Below are positions 22,036-33,442 of a stretch of 64,000 nucleotides of DNA, piece by piece. The notes under the pieces were generated by a model. The model was not told the origin of the DNA and made no database searches. It was given only the letters and a program-made list of their open reading frames with translations. The translations under genes were made by a program, and so were the position numbers. Within the stretch, counting starts at the first letter, position 1; the number at the start of each line of letters is the position of its first letter. This DNA is from Cladosporium halotolerans (taxonomy: Eukaryota), in contig NW_027191471.1 of assembly GCF_011745625.1 (NCBI RefSeq), positions 62,001-126,000 of the forward strand, written 5' to 3'.

Positions 22036-22671
22036 TTGCTGGCGAATGATCCGGAAGGCGTCCACCTATTGTGGAGATACAGAAATTCATCTCATTCTGC
22101 GCACAAGAACAGGGGCGAATGTGAAAGCGTCCAAGGTCGTACAAGGTGTAATGGAAAATGATGCGTATAAATACATTATCGAGTTGAAGTGTAAGGTGCC
22201 TCACTACATGTACTGTTGTGTAGCAGCCAGAAGTGATGTCACGCGCCAAGTGTTCCTATGAAAGGGTCGCCTTGGTCGTGAGGGCAGCTGCACGGCTGCT
22301 TCTTCAGGTCCCCGTACAATACCCGTACCTCTGCAAGTCCTACGATGCACGGTACCTAGACCTCTGCGCTATTGTTTGCTTGAGCGTTGTACTAGTCCGC
22401 GGTGGCTGGCCTCATCAGTCTCTCCACCAATAGCAACGCCGGCCATGGCTGCGCTGGGTTTCAGCCTGGACCCAGGCGCATATTCGCTTTCAGCCCCGAA
22501 TGACCCGTCAGCCAGAGCTGAAGGGGAATGAGCTGGCTATATTTACCAGCCAAGGTAGTATGCTTCGCCGTGTGACAGCCACGAACATTCCTTGCCAGAA
22601 ACTCTCAACTCGGCACTATACTCCATCAGGCGTTTCATCGGAAGTCCATCTTCGTCTGTCCTGTATGCACC

Positions 22672-25600
22672 ATGGCGCAAACGACCGAAGGCTCGCCCCA
22701 GGATGCTTCCGACCTGGCAAGGCTGTGGAATGATGCTTTGACGGGCTTCAAAGGCAAGACAAGCCTTGACCTGACTAAATTCCAGTTCAAGAGCATGCAG
22801 GAAGCGATAGACTCCACCAAATCCCAGGCCATCGACTTCGGCATGTTTCGTCATGATAAAAGCAAGGTTGACGCGGTCAGAACCGCTTTTGGTAACAACC
22901 TGAGAGTTACTGGAGTCAAAATATCTCCAAGCTGTTCTAGTACCGGATTACCTGACGTATGTAGGCATTGAACGCGTCGTGGGCGGAGTGAAGATGGCGG
23001 CTGGTAAGTCATCCACCTTTAGTCAGAGCGATACCAGTTTGAGGCACTTGTTCACAGAGGCGCTACTCCATAGACGCAGCCGCTGTCTTCCCACCCGCGA
23101 TTCCTGGAGCAGTATTGATGACCGCATTCACCTTTGTGTTTCAGACGTTCAAAAGCGTTAAAGCGGACTACGATCGCGTGGCTGGATTCTTCACGGAGAT
23201 GGAAGCCTTCCTGTAAGCCTTTCGAAGATTGGATGTCTTGATTTAGTCAAGGACTAAGGCAACGTACGCAGAGATCGCATATCCATGCTCGAGACCAAAT
23301 CGCCAAAGCTCGAACCTTTCGAAAGATGCGTGCGAGGAGTATTCACTGGAATGCTCACGCTTTGCGGCGTGGCTGCTGACTACAAAGGCAAAGGTCGCTT
23401 TCGCAAGTGGCTACGAAACACAGTTGAGGGTGGCGAAGACCCTGTACTTGCTGGAGCGTATGCCACAGTTGAAGATGCCATTGGCAAATTAGGTGCCGCT
23501 GTCGGCGTTGCAACTCTTCGGACCGTCGTCGAGATTCAAGAGACCACCACACGGCTTGAAGGCAAGGCTGACGTAATCCTGGATGAAACTGTTGAGGTTG
23601 GTGCCACGACACACCGCATCGAGCATGGTGTGTCCGCTGTGAGGGAAGGGGTTGAAGATCTGGGTCTACGTTTTGATGGCGTGAGCGCGTCGATAAGGAA
23701 CGTGGATCGCCAACACGCCATGTTGGTCTCCAAGCTTGACTTCTTGCTCCTACAATCACCTGCCCAACATGCCGCCGAGAAGAAGAAACCCGAAGCTCGC
23801 AAAGGGGATTCGGGCGGCAAGAGGTATCGAGCCCTGGCTCGGGTCAAACGCCATTTTGCAGATGTCGCAGAGACGCACAAAAAGATCTCGGCCTTGTGCA
23901 AATACATCGACAATAGCACGGTGGAATCAACGGGAGAGTGGCTGTTCGAACACGACTCATACCAACGCTGGGTCTCTGGTAAGGCACGAGTGCTATGGCT
24001 GTCGGGAGAAGCTGGAGTGGGCAAGACGTATCTCGCGCGAGCAATCACTCGCAACATCCAGCGAACGAAGACCACCGAGGGAATATCGGTTGCGAATTTC
24101 TTTTTCGGAGAAGTCAACGACCTAGGGGCGTTCAAAAACGCGCTGCGTTGCTCGGTGCTGGAAATTGCGAAGAACAATCACCTCTACTGCGAGACCATCG
24201 CCGCTGAGATTGCAAACGATGCAGACGAAGAACCATGGAAGCAATTTTTTGCCGATCGGTTTCCGGCGAGCTCGGAAGCACACCTGTATATGGTACTGGA
24301 TAGTGCAGATGAAGCGAGCGATGGCGATTTGCACTTCATGGCGCAAGTGTTAAAGGAAGCTTCCCAAGACCATTTGAACATTCACATTTGCTTCACAGGC
24401 CGGTCAAGATTACGCAGTGTCTTTGCCGAAATGAACCCCGTCGAGATCAGCTTGGACCGCGATCTCATGAAAGATGACATGCGTAAGCTCACGAGAGCGC
24501 GGATGAAGAGCCTCCCGAGGGTTCACAAATTCCAGAAAATGACAAAGAAAAGAATTGCTGAGAAGGTCATGCTCAACGCAGACGGCATGCTTTACATTGA
24601 GCACATGCTTCGCCGCCTTGGCGCAATTGGTCGTGAGAGCGCTGTGATCAGGGACATCGAAAATCTCTTGCCCAAATCATTAGAGGAGTTGTACAAACTC
24701 ATGCTGGAGGAATGCCAAAAGGGACGCACGCAGCAACATTACCAGACTCTTCGAACCTTGTTTGCAACCCTGGCGTTCTCTAAGCGGGATTTGACCCTAG
24801 ATGAGGCCACGGACCTGGTTCATCTAGTTGAACCCGATGGCTCTTTCGATGTCGAAGACGAGTTGGTTGGCCGCTCTGCGAGAATCCTAGAGCTTGGTAG
24901 AGAGCAGGATGACGAAGAGAATGCACTGGACGAAGATGAACACGCTACGGCAAGCTCAGACGACGATGTTACCCGCAAGGAAATTGAAGAAGGCACCGGT
25001 AAGACGCCCTTGTCTTTCCAGGAGAGGTCTTTGCGCGAATACTTCCGCTCGATGAATGTCACTGAAAGAGGGCTGCGCACCCCACCCTCCGAAGCGAATG
25101 CAATAGTTTTTGCACTTCTTGTTCGAATCTTATGCGATGCACCAGTGGAGACAGGAGACAAGGAGACTAAATTCCAGGGTTACGCCGCTCACTTCTGGCT
25201 CCATCATTTCTGCGAAATCAACGCGAGTGAGATCACAGACACTCTGTTCGACGAGGCCCTGACGGGCCTGCATCGCATTCTGAACAACGACGGCAAGGCC
25301 GCACTTGCAATTGAAACTTGGGGACCACAGACGTACGAAAAGTTAGATGCCGAACTGAAATTTTTGCCGAAGCTGCAGCTTTGGTTTTCGAGAGCAACTG
25401 AACGTGCGGATCTGGATCCCGCTATGAAAGCCTGGGCAGCTCTCCATGTTGAAGAACCTCGCAAGGCCTTCGTAAGCCTCGCTCGTTCTCACTTCGAAAA
25501 TCTTTTCGCGACGGAAACGAGCAATGCAGCGATGACATGCTTTTGGTATGCCAAGTCCGCGTTGCTCGCGGCCGGAATTGATGTTGCTGCAGTACCAAAA

Positions 25601-27754
25601 GGTTCCAAAGACGTTCTCCAAGTGCTTGAATACTTCAAAGACATAGAGCTCCCCGCTGCAGCCCTCGCGTCGGTTGCCGCGATTCTCGCCCGTCGATACC
25701 AGCACAATGAATCCATGGAATTCAGCTACAAAGGTCTGAGCTTGACCGAGTCTACGGACACCGTCTTGCGTTTTCGCCTTTTGTGGAGCATTGCTTGGAA
25801 CAAGCAAGAAATGGGTGTCTCACTCAATAACAGAGCAGCTAGCGTCGCCGCTGAGGCGGAAAACGGCGCAAACGCACACGATGTAGTGGAACGTAATCAT
25901 GGCGACAATGAAAGTATAGAGCAGGAGTCTGGTGGCGCAGAAAGCGTCGAGGAAAAGGACTCCTCGGTCGAGCAACCGGCTGAAGAGCTTGACGGCCTCA
26001 GTTCTGCTTGTGTGGCTGCTTCTCAATTCAAAGATGATGATGATACCAGCTTCAAACCTGGACCAGGCCAGTCCTTGCTTGAAGAAGCGTTATCCATCAT
26101 ATCTGGAGCTCTGGCCTTACTTCCGGAAGGTAAACCGTCGGAAGAAAAGCTTGCCGAACAAATTGAGCGGATCCTTCTTTTGCGAGCTTTATGCGAGCAA
26201 AACGCAGGTCAGTACGACAAGGCTTTGAGCACTTACGAAGAACACAGGGCTATACGCCCGGGAGTGGATACCATGATTGGTGCGTCTTTGAACGGGATCT
26301 TCATGGTCAAGAACTGGAGCAAAGATCCTCAGGGTGCCTTGGACCTCATTGCTCGATGGTCCGATTTGGAAAGAACCCACTTCTTCGAATACCTTTTCAC
26401 CAGGGATTACCTCGACGCCTGCGAGTCGCTCGATCTGATCCAAGAGTATGCTACCAAAGCTGGTGATGCGGGGATGGATCAGCTTCTTAGCTGGTGGGAC
26501 GGCTACATCAAGACAATGAGAAAAAGGTCTGCATTTACCGTCATTCCAAAGTCCGAGATGGCAGCCTTCTATCGCGATATCAGGAACGATCGTGAGACTG
26601 CGATGCGGCTGTATGGCGAGATCTTATCAACGGATTTCAAGTATGATGACTACGATGGGCTCGAGTCTGACTTGTTGTTCTGTCGACTCAGCTTGGCAAC
26701 CTCCATTTTCGTCTCCTTCCGTTCCAGCTCGGATCCCAAACGGAAGTTCGAGCTATTGGAAAATATGAAGAATCTGCCGAACCTGCGGACCAGCGGTGAA
26801 GAATTCTTGCAGAATGAGGACAGCTGGAATGAGTCTCAGACACTCGTCATGCTGGCAATGATGACCCGTACTGTGGGATCGCCTGTTGAATATCAACAAT
26901 TATTGAACAAGGCCTTTGACATCGCCATTTTAGGACTCACCGATAGCGTGGGCCACAACGACAGCGATTCTTTCAGGCTGTTGGCCAGGATATTGGCTTA
27001 CGTCCCTAGACTCGCGAAGGATGCGCAGATCGCTCTTTCTTGCCAGTTCTCGATTACAGATACAAGCGTAGATCACGGGAGTGGAGAGTTAGACGACAAT
27101 TCTGAGGCCGGGGAAAACTTGCAGCCGCAGGACAAAAAAGAGCCATTGCATGCAAGTAAAGAATCAGCTGAAGGGACACACATCCTCACAGAGATCATGA
27201 AGAAGACGACAACCATCACGACCGAGGAAAGCGCCGACTCGAGCGAGCCGACTGTAAGCGTGGCAGTAGAACTTGCAAAACTCACGACACTCGATCCGGT
27301 AGATGACGAATCCGCCGACGACGAAGACAGGATACCAGATTGGTCACTTTGGTGTGACGGGCCATGCGATCTTGACTCCATCGATTGGAAGAACTATCCG
27401 CACCCCACATACTTCTGCATCCAGTGCGGCAATTGCGATTTGTGTGAAGACTGTTACCAGGTGAGTCTTCGTATTGATGGCTAATCGCGTCGATAATGCT
27501 GACGAGATCTTCAGATGCGACAGAGGGCCAACAAGACGGGCAAGCTAGATCACTGGCGCGAGTTCTGCGGGAAAGACCATACCTATATCAAAGCACCTGT
27601 CGACGGATGGAAAGGTGTCAAGAATGGCGTGATGCGGATAGGAGATGAGCGAATCGATTTCAAAGAATGGCTGAGAGGGCTGCGAGATGAACGATGGCCG
27701 CGGGCTTGGGAGGAGTTCTGGACTAGGAATGACTTGGAAAATATCGGATTTTGA
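22672..27754 (+). CDS. NLR-like STAND protein: Goodbye-like N-terminus, NACHT, helical/TPR-like region, C-terminal Cys/His zinc finger
   Basis: N-terminal 'DLARLWNDAL..F..KT'; 'TGEWLFEHDSYQRW', Walker A GEAGVGKT, Walker B 'MVLDSADE', 'GMLYI', 'LPKSLEELY'; C-terminal CDGPC..CIQC..CDLCEDC..C...H; several introns at the 5' end and one at 27461-27514. Confidence 0.85.
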
Positions 27755-27846
27755 AAGGCAGTTTGGATGGATACAACCAGTACGGAGCGTGGACGCGGCC
27801 CACGACTATCGCAACTTGGGTGAAGATGTGATGCTAATGAGATTGT

Positions 27847-29001
27847 TCAGGTGGTGCTGATGCCACTCTCGTTCAGTCCAACGTGCCCTTCTGCAAATTT
27901 CGCTTGCCGGCTGACCTTTCCATTCCCTCTAGAGGACAGTTCCTCGCGCACACGAGGCAGCACATGTCTTCCGTACTCGATCATGTCATTGAGGTTGTCA
28001 TAGCCACGAATTGAAATGAGATCGCAGCCTAAGTCCACATAATCCACAATAGACTGCGCCACGGTTTCCCAACTGCCGACAAGAGCCGTGCTCGCGCCTC
28101 GTGCGTTCGTCGCTGTCACGGTTGGATACCACAGAGCGCGGTCGTGAACCTCGCCTCGACTGGCAATCTCCAATAGGCGCTGCGATCCAGCGTTCTGTGG
28201 TTTCGGGCCCGTCTGGCCCATCTTGCCTTTGCCTGCGAAAACATTCGCCTTCAGAGCCTCCAGAGTTCGGTGGGCTTTGGCCCATGCGAGTTCTTCTGTC
28301 TCGGCCGTGATGGGGCGGAACGTGACCCAAATGCGTGGGCGGTCTTGACGGCCAGATTTCTCGGCTTCAGCATAAACGCGATCGATTTGCTCCTTTGTCT
28401 CTTTCAACGGCTCGCCCCAGAGACCGAAGATGTCTGCGAGGGCGCCGCCGACGCGATAGGCCTCGTCTGAACTGCCGCCTACCGAGATGGGGATGGTCCC
28501 ATTAACAGGGCGGACACGAGATTGGAAGTCCTTGAAATAGTAATGTTCGCCGCTCCAGTCAAAGGGCTCGGTTGAAGTCCAGGCCTTTTTGAGGATTTGG
28601 ATGTATTCCTCGAGACGGCTGTAGCGCTGGTTCTTCAGGAGGAAGTCGCCTTCTCTGGCCTGCTCGTTGTCATTTCCACCTGCAATGAAGTGGACAACTG
28701 CACGACCATTGCTGAGCTGGTCAAGAGTCGCTAGAGCTTTGGCTGCTACAGTCGGATAGAGAGTGTTGGGCCGAAGAGCAACGATCACTTTCAATTTCTT
28801 TGTTGCGGCCGCGATGAATGAGGCGGTAGTAAATGGGTCAAATCCGCCACTGTCGTAGGGTTGGAGGGTATAGTTGTAGTCGTAGTCATCTAGATTTCTA
28901 GCATATCTAGTCAAGTAGTCCGGATCTATAGGCGCTCCTGGAATTGGGTTCAGCTCAGTCGAGGCATTAGGGAAAGCCAGACTGATAAATTCCGTCGGCA
29001 T
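27847..29001 (-). CDS. Luciferase-like flavin-dependent monooxygenase (LLM; SsuD-related)
   Basis: Intronless; 'IVALRP..PTVAAKALATLDQLSNGR', 'RYSRLEEY', 'GGSS', 'ALVGS...VA..I..Y..LG'. Confidence 0.88.
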   Translation of the reverse strand: MPTEFISLAFPNASTELNPIPGAPIDPDYLTRYARNLDDYDYNYTLQPYDSGGFDPFTTASFIAAATKKLKVIVALRPNTLYPTVAAKALATLDQLSNGRAVVHFIAGGNDNEQAREGDFLLKNQRYSRLEEYIQILKKAWTSTEPFDWSGEHYYFKDFQSRVRPVNGTIPISVGGSSDEAYRVGGALADIFGLWGEPLKETKEQIDRVYAEAEKSGRQDRPRIWVTFRPITAETEELAWAKAHRTLEALKANVFAGKGKMGQTGPKPQNAGSQRLLEIASRGEVHDRALWYPTVTATNARGASTALVGSWETVAQSIVDYVDLGCDLISIRGYDNLNDMIEYGRHVLPRVREELSSRGNGKVSRQAKFAEGHVGLNESGISTT

Positions 29002-29694
29002 GTTGATCGGTTGGATTTTGGCTTGAAGCTCGCGTGCCGTCTCAAAGATAAGATACTCATCAAAGAGGGAACGGTAGTTGATATGAGTAGCATCTAGGGT
29101 GGGGCATGGCCAATTGCGACATAGCTGCTCGATCACGCCTTCGTGCACCCCCCGGAGGTTGGATGAGTGAGGACATATGACCCCGTGGACATGATTAGAA
29201 ATCTAGTTTTCCTTTAGACATGCCAGTACCGATCTCGCAATATGATGCGCCGCAGTCCGATTATGCCCTTTGCAGAAGCCTTGACGCGATAGATGGTCGG
29301 CTATTTCCCTCAGTGAGCATAGCACGCCGTCATTGCCAGTCCTTACCGAGCAGAATTGAATAAATACATCAGGTACTTTTGACTTGTGCTCAATCATTGG
29401 ACTTACGAATTGAATGTCTGGTCTTCTTTGACCAGCAGTTGATGAGCTTGAGTTCGTGAATAAGTTGGTGTAGGATGAAACTGGATGCCTCAGGCCGCTC
29501 GGCACAACAAGCCACGAGTGACGTTCGGCGCGGCGCAATCCAAATCCAAATGCAGGGTCGAGTCGAGCTCCAGCGCTTTCGGCGAACGACAACCTCGCGA
29601 CTCTACTCACACATACTACGCGACTTGAGGATTGCCACGACTAAATCACCAGTCAAGCTCCCTGATCTTGTGGCACGGGACGCCATCAGAAACC

Positions 29695-31252
29695 ATGGCG
29701 GCTCAACAGATCCAAATCGCCGAGACGATTCGCGCAATGAAACTGGCGCTTAAGCGACGACCTGACGGTATGTCACAGCAAGAGCTCATTCAATGACAAC
29801 GCTGACAAAATAGCTACAGATGTTGAAGACGACGACGAGACAGCCCCGACTCATACCAACAGAGGCAACAAACTCAAGCGCCGCGCACAATTCGCCAGAG
29901 AAGGTCGCCTCGACACGTCAGGCGGCCTGTCGTACCGCAAGCAAGTGAACCACGCTGGATACACGCGCGCCACTATTTCCACGAACCCGCCGCTCATAGA
30001 CTCGGATGGGGAGCCCGTGTCCCCAACATCTTCCGACAATGATATCGGGCGACACGCCGAGCCTCTCGAAGACGACCCATTCGGCGAGGTACAATTAGAG
30101 CACCTACTGCGACCGCTTACCGCCGCACATGAGCTGGTGGACCACCCGAGCTTGAGTCATGCGTACAAGAGCAAAGCCCTCACACAAATGGCGGACGAGA
30201 CAATGGAGATGCTACGGCGCGAAAGGGAAACTCTGTGGAAAGCTAAGAGGTTGCTCAGAAGGTTTCGAGGCGAGGTCGATTGGGCGCCTTGCGAGACATT
30301 TGAGACAGAAGGTGATGAGATGCTGTTACACGACCAGGGTGAGCTTCCCAATGGCGACGCGAGCCTCGTGCCTAGCATCACCATGTCGGCGGACGAAGCG
30401 GCATTGCCAGGCCATGAAGGAGTGGACGGTGTCTCGAACGGAATGGACGAAAGCGCTGCAAAGACGGAACCCAGCGCAGAGAATGGCTTATCTGCCACAG
30501 AGTCGGCGCTCGACGCCACGGACGTCGCACAGCCGAACCAGCAAGAGCAGACAACAGAAGAACAGCCCAAAGCAGAAGAACCAGCAACCCAGGACCCCGA
30601 CAGCGCAATGGCAGAAGCTGACCAGCCAAACGGCTCCGTACCCGAAAACGACGCCATGGCCGAGAATCCGGCTGTCGCAGACCTCCGCCAATCACCCGAC
30701 CCAACAGGCAGCGACTCCGCGTCCACCGCCGGCCACGCCATGACTACTCGCGCGCGTGCCCGGTCTCCCCAAGAAGACTCAAGCCCGCCTTCACCCTCGC
30801 CCAGCGACTCCGCCTCCGTGCCCGCCATCCACCCCTGGTTCACTGCGCCCAGCAGCAGCCTCCCGGATAAGGATCTCGCGCTGCCGGCTTCGGAAGCAGA
30901 GGACACGCGTAAGCTGCTGCTGCTTTACTGCCAGAAGCAAGAGCAGACGATCCGCTCGCTGCAATCTCTCGCTTTCGGCCTGCAGAAAGCCGACCGGCTA
31001 CGCAAGTTCGTCTACGAGACGGCGAAGGCCAGCGAGCACCTGGTAGAGGATGGCAAGGGCAACTTGGTCACGGAAATGAGCGACGGCGAGGACTGGTATG
31101 ACCCGGCGGACTGGAATCTGGCGCCCTGGGAGCTGGTCGGGGATGCGGAGGCTGGTGCTGGGCTGCATTTGGAGAAGGGCAAGGATGAGATTGAAGAGCC
31201 GGAGGAAGACAGGAAGGGGATTAGAAGACGAAGGGTGCAGCGTGTGGTGTAG
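29695..31252 (+). CDS. RXT2: Rpd3L histone deacetylase complex subunit Rxt2-like
   Basis: 'ETIRAMKLALKR', intron 29768-29819, 'TNRGNKLKR', 'DPF.EV.LE.LL.PL....EL..HP' RXT2-N pattern. Confidence 0.8.
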
Positions 31253-31407
31253 ATATGTAGATATACCGGCTCGAGGTCACATAATGAGATATACGCAACT
31301 AGATGGATCAAATTGGTATCACGAATAGTCCGCTTGTACACAATCTCGACAACATAGGACCGAACGCCGTCCATTGTGTTGTATTATTATCAGGACCGCA
31401 TCAAGCT

Positions 31408-32787
31408 CTACTCCTTCTTCCCACCCCCAAGTATCTCCTCGGCATCCTTGTTCCTCACACCCGAAGACTGGCTCTCAGTCGGCTTCAATCCCTCGCCCGC
31501 CGCACCGCTAGCGCCAGCGGAAACGCTTGTCCGCGCCTTCTCCTTCAGACGCTCCGAGTCATCTTTGCGCTGATCCTCGCTCTTGTCGTTCGATTCGTCG
31601 TCATCGCCCAGCGCGAACGGATCGTTGTCTTCCTCGGGATTTGGCGCGACGGAGGTCAGGGGCTGCCACTTCTTTGCTTTGTCCGGGTTGGCGCGGTCGG
31701 CGGCGTCGACTTCGTCCACGGGGCCTGACTGCGGCGGTTTCGGCTGGGGCTTGAAGAGGTCGGGGTTTGTGGGTTTGCGGCTACTGGTGCGAGGAGGTTG
31801 GGCGGGGGCTGCAGGTGGGCCTGCCAGTGTTTCGTCTCGTGGTATTAGCGATGTGTAGTGGGACTTACGAGCTTCATCGTCGCGCAGCTCCAGGCGGCTG
31901 AACTCCGAGTCGTCGAGGACGTGCGGGTCAGAGTCGTAGCGCTGCTGTTCCACGCTCCTGCGCTGCTGCTCAGACGATTTCCTGATACCGTACAGCTGCT
32001 CGCTCTGGCTGGAGCCAAAATTCTGTCTACCCTGGTGGGGGTTGGAGCTGGATCCGGAGTAAAGGTCTTCTTCATCCTCGTCGCCGTCAAGACGCTTCTT
32101 GAACGTTGTGATCCAGCTGTTGACTTGCTTCTGCGTTTCCGCGAAGCCACGCTGGATGTTGCGGCCGATCTCAGGCAGGTCGTCATCGAAGAAGCTGTGC
32201 TCGCGGTCTTCCTCGCCGTAATGAGGGCGCTGCTGGTTTGGTCCCTGGCGCTCACGCTGGTTGTAGCGGGTTGATTGAGCACGTCCCTGGCTGTTGTAGT
32301 GCTCGGCAAGCTGGCGAGCGTAGAGCTCGTCGGCTTCGAGCTGGCTCTGAGGCTGCTGCTGACGCTGAGTAGGACGAGGTGGTTGTGGCGGCGCGGCCTC
32401 CTCGGGCTTGAAGTCCGGGTCGGTCATGCCGAGTAGGGCATTGAAGGCCGGCTCGACTTTGCCGCCGCTCGCTGCGAGGACGGCCTGAACAACTTTGGTG
32501 TCGATTGAAGGGAAAGCCTCAATCAGGGTGTTCTCGGCCTGCTGTTGAGGGCTCTGGGGACGCGGCGGCTTAGTAGGCGGGATCTCCTCATTTTGCTCCT
32601 GGAAAGACACTCGAGGTTTAGGCGAAGGTGCCTTGTCGGCGGGCTTGTTGGCAGTCTCATGGCCTAAAGGGCTCACCCTGCCGGTCTCCTGCTCATGTTC
32701 ATTGTCGTCGAAGTCCATCTCTTCGCGCGTGGTCACGGACTCCTGTTTGTTGCTAGAAGGAGACAGCGGCTGCGTTTGATCGGTCAT
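31408..32787 (-). CDS. CUE-domain ubiquitin-binding protein (Cue5-like)
   Basis: 'LIEAFPSID..VV.AVL.ASGGKVEPAFNALLGM', 'QLEADELYARQL', 'SFFDDDLP'; probable in-frame intron from 31868. Confidence 0.85.
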   Translation of the reverse strand: MTDQTQPLSPSSNKQESVTTREEMDFDDNEHEQETGRVSPLGHETANKPADKAPSPKPRVSFQEQNEEIPPTKPPRPQSPQQQAENTLIEAFPSIDTKVVQAVLAASGGKVEPAFNALLGMTDPDFKPEEAAPPQPPRPTQRQQQPQSQLEADELYARQLAEHYNSQGRAQSTRYNQRERQGPNQQRPHYGEEDREHSFFDDDLPEIGRNIQRGFAETQKQVNSWITTFKKRLDGDEDEEDLYSGSSSNPHQGRQNFGSSQSEQLYGIRKSSEQQRRSVEQQRYDSDPHVLDDSEFSRLELRDDEARKSHYTSLIPRDETLAGPPAAPAQPPRTSSRKPTNPDLFKPQPKPPQSGPVDEVDAADRANPDKAKKWQPLTSVAPNPEEDNDPFALGDDDESNDKSEDQRKDDSERLKEKARTSVSAGASGAAGEGLKPTESQSSGVRNKDAEEILGGGKKE

Positions 32788-33442
32788 GTTGAGCTGGAGC
32801 TATCGTTTGGCCGTCGAATACGGGTCGGAGGGGGTGGGGTCGCTTGTAAACCGCCGTGCAGACAATGGATTTGGAATTATAGAATCAACGGCACGTTTGC
32901 AAGCCAAGTGAAGTAGAGAAAGGAAGCCTTCTTGTCTCGGACGGAGGATTCAGTGTTGTCCGTCGTGAAGCTGTAGCCTTGCTGATTGCTGCGCCCGCCG
33001 CGGTACGTGCGTCATAGCGCCAAGCTATGTGAGGCCGGGGGGACAGCAATGCGAGCACGCGAGATGGGACATCGTTGGAAGCCCCTCAATTTTGTAGCTC
33101 GCCATGCGCTCGATCAACCTTCAGAACGCTTGAGGGACGGTCCACTGTCGATGTGACGCCTGAATGCGTAGCCTTTCTCCCTTCCGCGGCATCGCTTTCG
33201 TTTGCGTCGGTCATCGAACTGGCGTGGGGCACATCCGCACAGCTGCACCCTGAACGCCGTTGAAAGCCTTGAAACACACTGCCCGTTTGGGAATTGCCGA
33301 TTGGTGAGCCGGTCAGTACCGCCCAAATCAAACCAGACTATTCGCAGGTTCGAAGGCTGTATCAGCGGGACTCTTGGACGCCGATGTTCCGCACTCTCAA
33401 CATAAGCCAAGTTTGACGCGATATTCATTGAACCAAGACACC

